DNA from: Waddliaceae bacterium
GTDB taxonomy: Bacteria > Chlamydiota > Chlamydiia > Chlamydiales > SLFE01
Length of the DNA: 64,000 nucleotides
Assembly: GCA_963783885.1 (NCBI GenBank)
Contig: CAWAPJ010000001.1
Coordinates: 32,001 to 96,000, forward strand
Reading direction: 5' to 3'
Part shown: positions 32,011-42,386 of the stretch, piece after piece
Position numbering within the stretch: position 1 is the first letter of the stretch
How the letters are laid out: each line of letters opens with the position of its first letter
The notes under the pieces: generated by a model
Told to the model about the DNA's origin: nothing
The model's input: the letters and a program-made list of their open reading frames with translations, nothing else
The model's database searches: none
Position numbers and translations under genes: made by a program

Positions 32011-32580
32011 ATGCCAATTTATACTAAAACGGGTGATAAAGGCGAAACATCATTATTTTCCGGACAGCGCATACCTAAAGACGATTCGTTCATGCACGCC
32101 CTCGGAACCATTGATGAATGCAGTTCGGCCATAGGGCTGGCGCTGGCGCTGCTGCCTGCAGAAAACAGCCTATCCCCTGCTTGCCAGCAGCTAGTTTCCA
32201 TTCAACACGCCTTATTTGATTTGGGAGCCGCCGTCGCCACGCCGCGCAATCGTTCCTCGGAAAAAAAGGTCAGCAAAACTCGATTTGGCAATGAAGGGAT
32301 AAAACTCCTGGAAAAATGGATTGATGAAATGGATGAAACCCTCCCGAAGCTAAAAACCTTTATACTCCCCGGAGGGCATCCTGGCGCCGCCGCGCTGCAT
32401 TTGGCGAGGAATATGTGCAGAAGGGCCGAGAGGCACGCCATTCCCCTCCACTACCATGCCGCTATAGACGACAACGTCATTATCTACCTCAACCGCTTAT
32501 CGGATTATTTGTTCGTTCTAACACGCCTGATCAACCACATAACAAAGACACCCGAAACTATCTGGGAGCATAGAACTTAA
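32011..32580 (+). CDS. PduO-type cob(I)alamin adenosyltransferase
   Basis: IYTKTGDKGETSL, GTIDE, FILPGG, CRRAER, YLNRLSDYLF. Confidence 0.93.
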   Translation: MPIYTKTGDKGETSLFSGQRIPKDDSFMHALGTIDECSSAIGLALALLPAENSLSPACQQLVSIQHALFDLGAAVATPRNRSSEKKVSKTRFGNEGIKLLEKWIDEMDETLPKLKTFILPGGHPGAAALHLARNMCRRAERHAIPLHYHAAIDDNVIIYLNRLSDYLFVLTRLINHITKTPETIWEHRT

Positions 32581-32583
32581 CTT

Positions 32584-33522
32584 ATGAAAAAAATTTGCAA
32601 GATTTTTCTCATTCTATGGCTAGGATTTATTCCGCTTGTTTTTTGTTCCGAAGAGTTTGGATACATTTCTTATTCATCTTACAATATAGGAGATGACATT
32701 CAGTCGCTTGCCGCTAAGCGTTTTCTTCCTGAAGGCAGTATTCCGATCGATCGTGAATTTCTTGGGAGCTTTCAACACGACTGCCCGGTATCGACCATTA
32801 TCAACGGATGGCTGATGCACACAAAAAAGAACGCATGGTACCTGAATTTTATCGCGCCTCCCGAGAAAAGCTGGCCCCCTCCGTCTAGCATTTCACCTTT
32901 ACTGATTTCACTTCACTTCACAAAAGGCTTTCTTCCTGAAGCCTTTGCTCCGGAAGCTGTGGATTATATGAAGGCATACGGCCCCGTTGGCGCCAGGGAT
33001 TTATTCACCCTCCAGGAATTGCAAAAAAGAGATATTCCGAGCTATCTTTCCGGTTGTTTAACCTTGACGCTCGACAATCCCTTCACCGAAAGAGATAATA
33101 TCATTTACATTGTTGATCTCGACAAGGCAATTACCAACTACGTAAGAAAGAATACAAATGCAAAAGTAATTGAAATGACGCATAAGATTCCTCTGTCAAT
33201 CCAATTTGATCATAAAAATCGGTTGAAATATGCAGAAAATCTCCTCAACAAATATCGTAAAGCAAAATGTGTTCTTACCTCGCGGTTTCATGCGACGATG
33301 CCGTGCCTTGCGTTTGAAACTCCCGTCATTCTTGTCAATAAACTCGACTATCGTTTCAAAGGCCTGAAAGGTCTCGTCAACCACTGTTCTCCCCGAGACA
33401 TTTTAAGGGGAAAATATGACCTGCAGCATCCCCCGCAAAATCCCCAAGGTTATCGGATTTTGAGAGAAAATATGATTGAAATTGTGACTCACTGGGTCAA
33501 TTCCTCACTCGCTCCTGAATGA
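32584..33522 (+). CDS. Polysaccharide pyruvyl transferase family protein with signal peptide
   Basis: NIGDDIQSLA, VGARD, SGCLTLTL, TSRFHATMPCLAFETPV. Confidence 0.82.
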   Translation: MKKICKIFLILWLGFIPLVFCSEEFGYISYSSYNIGDDIQSLAAKRFLPEGSIPIDREFLGSFQHDCPVSTIINGWLMHTKKNAWYLNFIAPPEKSWPPPSSISPLLISLHFTKGFLPEAFAPEAVDYMKAYGPVGARDLFTLQELQKRDIPSYLSGCLTLTLDNPFTERDNIIYIVDLDKAITNYVRKNTNAKVIEMTHKIPLSIQFDHKNRLKYAENLLNKYRKAKCVLTSRFHATMPCLAFETPVILVNKLDYRFKGLKGLVNHCSPRDILRGKYDLQHPPQNPQGYRILRENMIEIVTHWVNSSLAPE

Positions 33523-34248
33523 AGAATATTCATAACGGTATATTAACATACATGCATCCAACACGGCTGTATTTTTAAAAATTCTAATGCATTGACGATT
33601 AAATTTAATATCTTCTCCCACTTTCAGAAGAGTAGACCAGTGAATTTTTTCCCAAACAGATTTTCTTATTGCAATGCAACCATAAGTTAAACAATCGAAT
33701 CGCTTCAAATCTTTTATGGAGTTTATTTTGTAAGTGTGAAGGTGGTGACAGTCGTAATCATGCCATTTATCGCCAAGATCCAGCTGATCGACTCTAATCC
33801 AGCGATGAATAATATGATCAAACTTAGAGTGCCGAAATAGGTATTTAAGAATCTCGACTCTCTGAGGGTGGGGAAGATCATCTGCATCCTGACAAATAAA
33901 AATATCTCCGCTTGAATTTTCGCAGGCGATATTCCGATTACTTCCTGCGCTTTGACTATCATTATTTGACACTAAAATCACTTTGAAAGGCCAAGGCTTA
34001 TTTGTTAAAGAGGTAATATCATCCTCAGGAATCCTATAAGCTTCCGATAAGGAAATCACCATTTCATCAGGAAGCTCAGTTTGACAAGCATAGGAATTTA
34101 TGAGCTCTTCTAAAAAATAAAAATGTCGGTAATGGCAAGGGACGATGACTGTAACACCTTCATCTGCAGATAGATATGAAGTGAAGCTCCAAAATGAAAG
34201 AAAAATCAGCACCAAGCTGCATTTAATTTTCTCTGCCGATAAACGCAT
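33505..34248 (-). CDS. Glycosyltransferase family 2 protein with signal peptide or anchor
   Basis: VTVIVPC, NRNIA, QDADD (DxD), HPQRVE, GED. Confidence 0.82.
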   Translation of the reverse strand: MRLSAEKIKCSLVLIFLSFWSFTSYLSADEGVTVIVPCHYRHFYFLEELINSYACQTELPDEMVISLSEAYRIPEDDITSLTNKPWPFKVILVSNNDSQSAGSNRNIACENSSGDIFICQDADDLPHPQRVEILKYLFRHSKFDHIIHRWIRVDQLDLGDKWHDYDCHHLHTYKINSIKDLKRFDCLTYGCIAIRKSVWEKIHWSTLLKVGEDIKFNRQCIRIFKNTAVLDACMLIYRYEYSSFRSE

Positions 34249-34369
34249 TTTGAAAATCTTTGTTGTTAATAAACTAATATTCGAACATGACCATTCAGTC
34301 AAGACAAATACAGCAGGGTACAATTCACTAACATAGATAACACTTTAAAGTTTAGTAAATAATGCTCAG

Positions 34370-34786
34370 ACCCTGATTGCTACCTAAACTTGTTGTTAAA
34401 GTCTTTCGTTGGATTCAGATGCGTAGACTCGATTTGAAGGCAAGGGTAATCCCCTGCCGATAATCGAGGCTTAGCAGATGGATTCAATGAAAGATTTTAA
34501 CGACAATAGTCTCTATGATACTTCCTTAGCCAAAAAAGGGGGCATCATGGAAACTTACGCAACAACAGTTTATGTCAGCAGTGAAGAAATCCTTCGAATT
34601 TTGGGGATTAAAGACGATCCTCAATCTCAAATGCCCAACGCAGAAGTGATAACTTTTGCTATTTTATCAGCAAAATATTTTTCTTGTAACTATAAAATGT
34701 CCAGATATTTATGTAAAAGATTACGATTATTCAGAGCTATTTTAAACAATAGCCGGCTAAATCGCCGAATTCATAAAATTCCTTGG
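34370..34786 (+). mobile_element. Truncated IS982-family copy (left end and 5' part of the transposase)
   Basis: Starts with TIR ACCCTGATTGCTACCTAAAC. Near-identical to the reverse complement of 57704-58121. Cut at ...HKIPW by a MITE. Confidence 0.92.
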
Positions 34787-34901
34787 ACCCTGATTGCTAC
34801 CTAAACCTTAGCTAGAGCTTACACGAGCACACCGTCGACGCTACAGTTGTATCTGGCGCACTCGTGTAAGCTCTAGCTAAGGTTTAGGTAGCAATCAGGG
34901 T
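34787..34901. mobile_element. 115-bp palindromic MITE built from two right-end arms
   Basis: Perfect 41-bp inverted arms (34787-34827 and 34861-34901), each ending in the IS982 TIR. Confidence 0.88.
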
Positions 34902-34986
34902 CTTTGCATTTCAATTTTTTTAGGCTATACTTTCACAACAAGACACTAACTCAACCAATTTTTGAATTTACTTCGGTATATAAGAA

Positions 34987-36759
34987 TTAATCAATAGTTT
35001 CGATTGAAACACCGTTTTTTTCAAGAAGTAAAATCAATTCAGGAGAATAAATTGTGGGGTTTTCTGTAATCATTCTTAAGTGGCGGACGCAAGGCTTTTC
35101 TCCTTGATCAATAAAACTTTTGACCCGCTTGTAAGTTTCGTCATTTTGATTATAAATAGCAAGAGATATGGGATCTTTCAGAATTTCATTCGTTAGAGGC
35201 GGTTTAGACTCGCCGTTTTGCGAATTTTTGCGTTCCTTCAGTTTTTTGATCAATTCATGAGTGACATCTTTTGGTTGATACAAAATAGATTGAATGACAT
35301 TTTTGATTGTCAAATGAAACCCCTTCTCCATAAGACTGAAAATTATTTCTTTGTTCGATGTTTGTATCGCATTTTCTAAAAGCCGCTGATTTCGATCATT
35401 TGCCTCAAATAAAGCCTCCTTTTCAAGCAAATGTTCAAAGAATTTTCTTTTAGGAATCTCGTGGAAACCCATCTCCAACTCGAAGCTTGGATGCACTCTG
35501 CTCTGTATCAAAAGTTCAAATAGGCCGGGAGAATTTTGGACATAAGTCTCAATAAGTTTTTTCAACTCGGCTTTATTCATTTTTGGATAGCAATCTGTCG
35601 CTCCGAATAGAGCATCAAGGTTTTTTTTATTATCAAGTTCATTTGAAGCCATTTCATTTGTAATCTTTAACCCATACATGCGCGCAAGTTTAATGATAAA
35701 TAATGACCTTTCGCTTTTGCTGCTTAGCAATTTCCGGAGCTGACTCGTAGATAATTGATACCCGGAAATAAAAAAGACATGCAAAAGCTCTATGCTATAA
35801 TCCACACATTCCTTTCCGCTTACTACTTGGTTGACAAGTTTGTTAAATCCCCAGTTATTTAATAACGTACCTTTATAAATATGAGTAACCAAATCTCTTA
35901 AGGAATCTTTATCGGGATTATTGATGATGTCATTAAATTTTCTAAAAGAGTGATCGGGCGACTGAGAATTCATAAAGAAATATTCATCTGCGACTGAATG
36001 CGGGCCGCATTTAAACTGTTCTTGGCAAAATGACGTCAAATGCCTGCTGGCAAAACTTCTATGATACTCTTCGGGAGAAACTTTATTTTTCAGTAAAAAA
36101 TCAACAATCTTTTTAAGATGATCCTGGCAGTACCTGAGAGCAAAAGTAAAACATGAAGCACTGAAGCATTGCTTAGAAGTTAATGCCTCCAAAATATCCA
36201 CAGTATGAGAGGTATCATTAACAAAAAGGAAATTAATGTTCTCATCTTCTGGGACATATCCTATGCTCAAAAGAGCTTCCACCACTGCGGCGGTATGTTC
36301 GTTCTGATTCTGAAAGAGAGTGCGATATATGTCATAGGATTGCAGGCTCGACCCTTCTTTAAGCCATTCTGAAATCAACTTTGGCGAATCTTCTGTCAGA
36401 GATTCCAGTTCGAGGTGCAGGCAATTATCATTTCTCTGAATTTTCCATTGATTCCAATATTTCTGCATCATGTTGTTGATAATCTTATTGACATGATCTT
36501 TATTCCAGCGCAAAGGGTCGTTGCCCAGTTGCTCTAGTTGTGCAAGAACGTTCTTTTTTAGTTCTTCAATCTGACCATCTAGATGGGATATCGCTCCAAT
36601 CGCTTCAATGTCGTGCTCTTCAAGATAACATTCTTGGATTTTACGCGATGAGATCCAATCTTTAAAAATCGTTCCAAAGCGTTGAGACCTTTGTTTCGAG
36701 GGTGAAAAATCGGCAAACTCCTGGCAAACCCTATTGGCAAAGTTAACTTCTGAAACCAT
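34987..36759 (-). CDS. Hypothetical helical-repeat (degenerate ankyrin-like) protein
   Basis: LLENAIQTSNKEIIFSLMEKGF, ISLAIYNQ...FIDQG, VVEALLSIG. AT-rich 590-aa ORF with an RBS-like sequence. Confidence 0.6.
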   Translation of the reverse strand: MVSEVNFANRVCQEFADFSPSKQRSQRFGTIFKDWISSRKIQECYLEEHDIEAIGAISHLDGQIEELKKNVLAQLEQLGNDPLRWNKDHVNKIINNMMQKYWNQWKIQRNDNCLHLELESLTEDSPKLISEWLKEGSSLQSYDIYRTLFQNQNEHTAAVVEALLSIGYVPEDENINFLFVNDTSHTVDILEALTSKQCFSASCFTFALRYCQDHLKKIVDFLLKNKVSPEEYHRSFASRHLTSFCQEQFKCGPHSVADEYFFMNSQSPDHSFRKFNDIINNPDKDSLRDLVTHIYKGTLLNNWGFNKLVNQVVSGKECVDYSIELLHVFFISGYQLSTSQLRKLLSSKSERSLFIIKLARMYGLKITNEMASNELDNKKNLDALFGATDCYPKMNKAELKKLIETYVQNSPGLFELLIQSRVHPSFELEMGFHEIPKRKFFEHLLEKEALFEANDRNQRLLENAIQTSNKEIIFSLMEKGFHLTIKNVIQSILYQPKDVTHELIKKLKERKNSQNGESKPPLTNEILKDPISLAIYNQNDETYKRVKSFIDQGEKPCVRHLRMITENPTIYSPELILLLEKNGVSIETID

Positions 36760-36873
36760 GATGAGAATCTCCTGTTGCTGGCAATATTGATTTAAAGCTA
36801 GTAAAATAACTATTTTTTTAAAAGGATTTTCTGACTTGACGTGTTAGGACTTTCCTATTATGTTAATAATGCT

Positions 36874-39483
36874 ATGAAACAAAATTTTACTGAAGCCGCT
36901 TCGGAATCCTTGCAGTCGGCATTTGCTGATGCGCAAGAAAGAAATAATACTGAAGTAACAGAAAATCATTTGCTTAAGACACTTTTATCCGATCAGGAAG
37001 GATATTTTATATCCCTGCTGCAGGATTTGAAGACGAATCCTTCAGTCCTTCAGTCAAAAGTCGAAGACTCCTTATCGACTCTGCCAACTTTCTCGGGTGA
37101 AGGAGGGGAGCTTCAGATGGGGAGAAGTCTGCAGGGACGCATCGCCGATGCACAGACAATCGCCAAAAAAATGAACGACTCATACATCAGCCAAGACCAC
37201 TTCCTGCTCGCATTCTGGAAAAACGGAGGGGAGCCGTTTGCCTCATGGAAAAAGGGGACAAAACTCTCCTACCAGGATGTTGAATCCAAGATCAAAGAAA
37301 TTAGAGGAGACCGTCATATGGATTCCCCAACAGCAGAATCAAGCCTCAAGACGCTGGAAAAATACTGCAAAGACCTGACAGGCCTTGCCAGAGAAGGAAA
37401 GCTCGATCCGGTCATTGGAAGGGAAGAAGAAATTCGGCGTACCATGCAGGTTCTTTGCAGGCGCACAAAAAACAATCCGATGCTGATCGGCGAACCGGGT
37501 GTCGGCAAGACCGCGATTGCCGAAGGTCTTGCCCATCGCATCATTCAGGAAGATGTGCCCGATTCATTGAAAGGAAAACAAATTCTTGCGCTTGATATGG
37601 GAAGCCTGATCGCCGGCACCAAATTTCGCGGTGAATTTGAAGAGCGGTTGAAAGGGATTTTACAGGAAATTGAAAAAAGCGAAGGGCAGATCATTTTATT
37701 TATCGACGAAGTCCACACCCTTATAGGAGCAGGAGCATCCGAAGGAGCCATGGACGCCGCCAATTTGCTCAAGCCAGCACTGGCCAGAGGCGTGCTCCAT
37801 TGCATCGGCGCCACAACTTTAAGCGAATACCAAAAATACATTGAAAAAGACGCTGCTCTGGAGAGACGCTTTCAACCAGTTATGGTCCGAGAGCCAAGCC
37901 TGGAAGAAACAATCGCCATTTTGCGCGGCATCAGAGAGCGATACGAGATTTTTCACGGAGTGCGGATTACAGAATCTGCCATCCATGCCGCAGCGTTTTT
38001 GTCCCACCGCTATATAACCGATAGATTTTTGCCTGATAAGGCTATTGACCTGATCGATGAAGCGGCTAGTTTGATCAAAATGCAGCTCGGCAGCCGTCCT
38101 CTGCCGATCGATAACAAAGAACGGCAGCTATCAAGCATGATTGTCGAGCAGCAAGCCCTCAAAAGAGAGGGCAGTACCGGCTCCAATGAAGCAGCAAAAA
38201 AGCTCGAAGCCAAAATTGCCGAGGTCAAAGAGGAGCTTGCCAAGCTCAGGTCCCAGTGGGATAAGGAAAAGCAATTAATCCAAAACCTCAAAGATAAAAA
38301 AAATCGCTTCGAACAGCTCCGTTTCGAGGAAGAGGACTCCGAGCGGAAAGCCGATTACAACAAAGTCGCCGAACTGAGATACAACAGCATTCCTGCCCTT
38401 CAGAAAGAAATCGAGCAGGCCGAACACAAACTCAATGAAAAAGAACACCGTCTTCTTCAGGAAGAAGTCGACGAGCCGCTCATCGCGCAAATCGTCTCAA
38501 AATGGTCGGGAGTTCCCGTCTCAAAAATGCTCGAAGGCGAAGCGCAAAAACTCCTTAACCTTGAAAAAGAGTTGGGAAAGCGAGTCGTCGGACAAGATTT
38601 GGCGATTACAGCGGTCAGCGAAGCGATCAGGCGCTCGAGAGCCGGCCTCAGCGACCCCGACCGCCCTATGGGCGCATTCCTCTTTTTAGGCCCCACAGGG
38701 GTCGGAAAAACCGAGCTGGCCAAAACCCTGGCGTATCAGTTATTCAATCAGGAAGAGGCCTTAATCCGCCTTGACATGTCCGAATACATGGAAAAACACA
38801 GCGTCTCCAAGCTAATTGGATCGCCTCCCGGGTATGTGGGCTACGAAGAAGGGGGCCAGCTGACAGAAGCCATACGCCGCCGCCCTTATGCAGTTATCCT
38901 TCTCGATGAAATTGAAAAAGCCCATGAAGATGTATTCAACATCCTCTTACAAGTCTTTGACGACGGCCGGCTGACAGATGCCAAGGGGCGCGCGGTCAAC
39001 TGTAAAAACGCCCTCTTCATTATGACTTCAAACCTCGGGTCGGCCCAGCTTTTGGAGCAGCTTGAAAAGTCTCATACCGAATTTTCGAAAGATGCCATTA
39101 TGGCTCTCCTCGAGCCGATCATCCGCAGGCATTTCCGACCTGAATTTCTTAACCGGCTCGACGACATTCTCCCTTTCCTCCCCCTGCGCGAGGAGGAAAT
39201 GCACAAAATCGTCGAGATTCAACTCACTCGCGTGGCCAAGCGCATCAGCGAGAGGCACGTGACGCTTTCCTGGTCGAAGGAAGTTGCCGATTCCTTAGCC
39301 AAAGAAGGGTACGACCCCATTTTCGGCGCCCGTCCTCTAAAGCGGCTCATTCAACACAAGGTATCCAACATGCTGGCGACAGCCATTCTCGAAGGTCGCA
39401 TCCCATCCGACAGCGAAGTCATGCTCAGCGTAGAAAATGGTAAGATTGGCTTCGACCTCGTCGCCGTTGTGGAAAGCAGATAG
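36874..39483 (+). CDS. clpB: ATP-dependent disaggregase ClpB
   Basis: Two AAA+ modules ([16 protein letters not shown]), coiled-coil middle domain, GARPLKR. Confidence 0.96.
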   Translation: MKQNFTEAASESLQSAFADAQERNNTEVTENHLLKTLLSDQEGYFISLLQDLKTNPSVLQSKVEDSLSTLPTFSGEGGELQMGRSLQGRIADAQTIAKKMNDSYISQDHFLLAFWKNGGEPFASWKKGTKLSYQDVESKIKEIRGDRHMDSPTAESSLKTLEKYCKDLTGLAREGKLDPVIGREEEIRRTMQVLCRRTKNNPMLIGEPGVGKTAIAEGLAHRIIQEDVPDSLKGKQILALDMGSLIAGTKFRGEFEERLKGILQEIEKSEGQIILFIDEVHTLIGAGASEGAMDAANLLKPALARGVLHCIGATTLSEYQKYIEKDAALERRFQPVMVREPSLEETIAILRGIRERYEIFHGVRITESAIHAAAFLSHRYITDRFLPDKAIDLIDEAASLIKMQLGSRPLPIDNKERQLSSMIVEQQALKREGSTGSNEAAKKLEAKIAEVKEELAKLRSQWDKEKQLIQNLKDKKNRFEQLRFEEEDSERKADYNKVAELRYNSIPALQKEIEQAEHKLNEKEHRLLQEEVDEPLIAQIVSKWSGVPVSKMLEGEAQKLLNLEKELGKRVVGQDLAITAVSEAIRRSRAGLSDPDRPMGAFLFLGPTGVGKTELAKTLAYQLFNQEEALIRLDMSEYMEKHSVSKLIGSPPGYVGYEEGGQLTEAIRRRPYAVILLDEIEKAHEDVFNILLQVFDDGRLTDAKGRAVNCKNALFIMTSNLGSAQLLEQLEKSHTEFSKDAIMALLEPIIRRHFRPEFLNRLDDILPFLPLREEEMHKIVEIQLTRVAKRISERHVTLSWSKEVADSLAKEGYDPIFGARPLKRLIQHKVSNMLATAILEGRIPSDSEVMLSVENGKIGFDLVAVVESR

Positions 39484-39578
39484 CAGAGATATTAAATAGT
39501 ATCCGTTTTGTTCAATAACAAAGTTTCTTAATAACTGTTATTTAATTGACAAAAGTGTAGTATTACTGCTTTCTGCTC

Positions 39579-40013
39579 TCACATATAGTCTTTCATATGG
39601 GGATACATGACGCGGGTAAAAATATTTTTCTGCCAGTCTTCATTAATTTGAGAAAAGTAATAGGCTATGATGATAATGCCAAGTGGAAAATTGAAAAAAG
39701 AGACCACAAGTCCCAATGTAACGACAGCGCCCCCCTTAAACCAGGACCAGTACATTTTCGTAAGGCGTTTTAGGAGGGGAAAAGAATTGAAAGTGATGAG
39801 CGCGGCCAAACCCATGCAAGCAAAGCAAAACAGCGAGCCGACTGTCCAAATAAACGACACAAAAGAGGAGAGGAGAAACACAAACCTCAGCTTCCACGAT
39901 GTTTGTTTCGGCAAAGTTTTTTTGAATCGGGGGAATTCCTGCTCGCCGTAGGGCTGTTCATCATCCTCAATGATGATAAACTCGGGCATTTTCGGTTTCT
40001 CGTCTTCGTTCAT
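39579..40013 (-). CDS. Hypothetical membrane protein
   Basis: 144 aa with long hydrophobic segments; ATGA overlap with sthA. Confidence 0.65.
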   Translation of the reverse strand: MNEDEKPKMPEFIIIEDDEQPYGEQEFPRFKKTLPKQTSWKLRFVFLLSSFVSFIWTVGSLFCFACMGLAALITFNSFPLLKRLTKMYWSWFKGGAVVTLGLVVSFFNFPLGIIIIAYYFSQINEDWQKNIFTRVMYPHMKDYM

Positions 40014-41407
40014 AACTTGCGCTTGATCTTGTTTATGCCATTCAAAGCGGCTATGCGGTAACCTTCCGCATAGGTAGGATAATTAAAAACCTGGTCAATA
40101 AAATAATCGATTCTGGCATTAAATCCCATAGCTAATTGACCGATATGGATAACCTCGGTCGCTCCACGCCCGATGACATGCACTCCCAGGATCTCCAACG
40201 TCTCTCTGTGAAACAGGATTTTAAACATCCCTACATTGCTTCCAGCTATGTGACTGCGTGAAATCTCATAATAATAAGCCCTGCCCACTTCGTAGTGGAA
40301 GCCCATTTCCTGAAGATCCTGTTCTGTAAAACCGCAACAGGAAATTGTCGGAATTGTATAAATGCCGACAGGATAAAAATTCGGGAACTGATGTGTGTCA
40401 ATGCCGCAGGCGTGCCTCGATGCCAGCCTTCCCTGCTCCATGCTTGTCGATGCTAAGCAAGGGCCTCCGACAACATCTCCTACAGCATAGATATGAGGAA
40501 CCTTTGTCTGAAAAAGCGAGTTGACCGGAATATACCCTCTGGGACTGACGCCGAGACCGGCATTTTCAATGTGAAGTCCTTCTACATTCGCAACGCGCCC
40601 CAATGCATAGAGCAAAACATCGGCTTTGAGACATGTATCATCTTCAAAAAGGACTTCGGCCCTATTATCGACCCGTTTAATTTCTTTGGGCATTTTGCGC
40701 CCTTTAAACCTCAGCCCCAAATTGGTCAATGCCGTCTGGAGGTGTATGCCGATTTCGTGATCGAGCAAAGGAAGCAAATGATCTTTTTTATCGATGACAG
40801 TCACCTCTGTCCCTAAAGCAGAAAAGAAACTGGCATATTCGGAGCCAATGATCCCCCCTCCCAATACCAGCATAGTTTTGGGCACCTCTTTAATCGCAAG
40901 AAGCCGGGTAGAATCTAAAATGACTTCATCATCAAAGGGGACTTCGATCGGATTTCTCGGTTTTGAGCCTGTTGCTATAATGAACTTGTCAGCGTGAATC
41001 TGATGCGTTAATCGAAAATTTTCATCGACAACGATCAGCATATTCTTATTCTCGAAACGAGCCATCCCCACAACAAACCGAATATCATTCTTTCTAAATT
41101 GCCGGGTGATGATCTGCCCCTGCTGCTCGACAACCTGTTTGAGCCTGTAGTTTAAGTCCTCTATCGTCACATCGCGCATAGGGAAATTCTTCCCGTAAAT
41201 GACGCGCTGCCTAAATCCGGTCAGATCAACAATTGCCTCGCGAAGAGTTTTAGAGGGAATTGTTCCCTCATAAAGGCAAGCTCCTCCCGGTCCGCCCGAT
41301 TTTTCGATAACCACAACTTTTTTACCGAGCTTAGAAGCTTGTATAGCCGCTTTTTGCCCTGCCGGCCCCGATCCGATTATGGTGATATCTGCTTGAATTT
41401 CTTCCAT
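40010..41407 (-). CDS. sthA: Soluble pyridine nucleotide transhydrogenase
   Basis: IGSGPAGQKAAIQA, GGACLYEGTIPSKTLRE (single Cys), GIYTIP, FNYPTYAEGYRIAALNG. Confidence 0.92.
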   Translation of the reverse strand: MEEIQADITIIGSGPAGQKAAIQASKLGKKVVVIEKSGGPGGACLYEGTIPSKTLREAIVDLTGFRQRVIYGKNFPMRDVTIEDLNYRLKQVVEQQGQIITRQFRKNDIRFVVGMARFENKNMLIVVDENFRLTHQIHADKFIIATGSKPRNPIEVPFDDEVILDSTRLLAIKEVPKTMLVLGGGIIGSEYASFFSALGTEVTVIDKKDHLLPLLDHEIGIHLQTALTNLGLRFKGRKMPKEIKRVDNRAEVLFEDDTCLKADVLLYALGRVANVEGLHIENAGLGVSPRGYIPVNSLFQTKVPHIYAVGDVVGGPCLASTSMEQGRLASRHACGIDTHQFPNFYPVGIYTIPTISCCGFTEQDLQEMGFHYEVGRAYYYEISRSHIAGSNVGMFKILFHRETLEILGVHVIGRGATEVIHIGQLAMGFNARIDYFIDQVFNYPTYAEGYRIAALNGINKIKRKL

Positions 41408-41512
41408 ATCAAACCCCATTATCTCAGAAATAGGCCTGAAGGTCAAAATTATTGCATCCTATTCACCCTTAATCCTATAGTAGAGAAATAAAAAATTCGT
41501 TATAATATTATC

Positions 41513-41980
41513 ATGAGTAAAATCAATTTTGAAAAAGCCGAACAGTACTTTGACAAGGGCCTGGCCCGTATGGAAGTGGAAAATCTGCTCTATCTTGCCG
41601 AGCTTTCCGATTCGCTTGGATCACTTGTCAGCAAACCAAAACGAGGCAAAAAAACTAAGGAACAAATCAAAAGAGAGAAAGCCTTTTTAGTCATCAATAC
41701 CAAAAGAGAGATCAAATTTATCGCCAGAGTACGCCGCGATCTGGTCGAAGAGCTTGGCATCGACCGGGAAACGGCCGAAAGACTCTTTAAAGACCCTGAT
41801 AATGTCTCTGATGAGGATATTGAAGAAATTCTTAAAATTCGCGCTAAAATCCGCAATTTTAGAGATGAAATCAAAAAAAGCCTTCAAGATATTAATACCG
41901 AAGAAATGATCCAGAAGCAAATTGCCAAGGCTAAAAATAAACGTTTTAACATTCGCGACAGCTGGCTCCCCCTTCAATAA
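41513..41980 (+). CDS. Conserved hypothetical charged helical protein
   Basis: 155-aa ORF ending KRFNIRDSWLPLQ, upstream of rpmB. Confidence 0.65.
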   Translation: MSKINFEKAEQYFDKGLARMEVENLLYLAELSDSLGSLVSKPKRGKKTKEQIKREKAFLVINTKREIKFIARVRRDLVEELGIDRETAERLFKDPDNVSDEDIEEILKIRAKIRNFRDEIKKSLQDINTEEMIQKQIAKAKNKRFNIRDSWLPLQ

Positions 41981-41987
41981 ATTTTGA

Positions 41988-42016
41988 TTGTAAAGAAAGT
42001 ATCGCTATGCTATGAT
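41988..42016 (+). promoter_or_regulatory. Sigma66/70-type promoter for rpmB
   Basis: TTGTAA-17 nt-TATGAT with an extended TG. Confidence 0.6.
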
Positions 42017-42046
42017 TTTCGATATACTGGAATTTAGGAGACAATC

Positions 42047-42352
42047 ATGCAAAAATCCGCAAAAAAGAAACTTGTCCATGGGAAAAAGTGCCAGGTAACG
42101 GGAAAACGGCCTGTCAAAGGAAATACATACTCCATCCGCGGTATTGCCAAGAAAAAGAAAGGGATCGGCCTTAAAATTACCGGTAAAAACAAGCGTGAAT
42201 TCAAGCCGAACGTTCAAAAAAAACGTTTCTGGCTGCCGGAAGAAAACCGTTTTGTTACCCTTAATGTTTCAGCCGCGGGTATCCGCACAATCGAAAAACG
42301 AGGGATCATGTCGGTTGTGAAAGACATGCGCACTCAAGGCTACAAAATATAA
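42047..42352 (+). CDS. rpmB: 50S ribosomal protein L28
   Basis: CQVTGKRP, RGIAKKKKGIG (PVC-type insert), FKPNVQKKRFW; AGGAG RBS. Confidence 0.95.
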   Translation: MQKSAKKKLVHGKKCQVTGKRPVKGNTYSIRGIAKKKKGIGLKITGKNKREFKPNVQKKRFWLPEENRFVTLNVSAAGIRTIEKRGIMSVVKDMRTQGYKI

Positions 42353-42356
42353 AGCT

Positions 42357-42386
42357 CGCAAGCACTGAGATGCTTGCGTTTTTTTT
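42357..42386 (+). terminator. Rho-independent terminator after rpmB
   Basis: CGCAAGCA-CTGAGA-TGCTTGCG followed by T8. Confidence 0.85.

Noticed and set aside
34478-34546. In-frame N-terminal extension and A6/A7-G5 slippery run before the transposase ATG
   Set aside because: The extension is in frame only in the truncated copy. The G-run is adequately explained as the RBS, so there is no evidence for programmed frameshifting.
42047-42090. Out-of-frame ATG suggesting a frameshifted L28 start
   Set aside because: The upstream ATG has a strong AGGAG RBS and gives an uninterrupted ORF. A short basic extension is the simpler reading.
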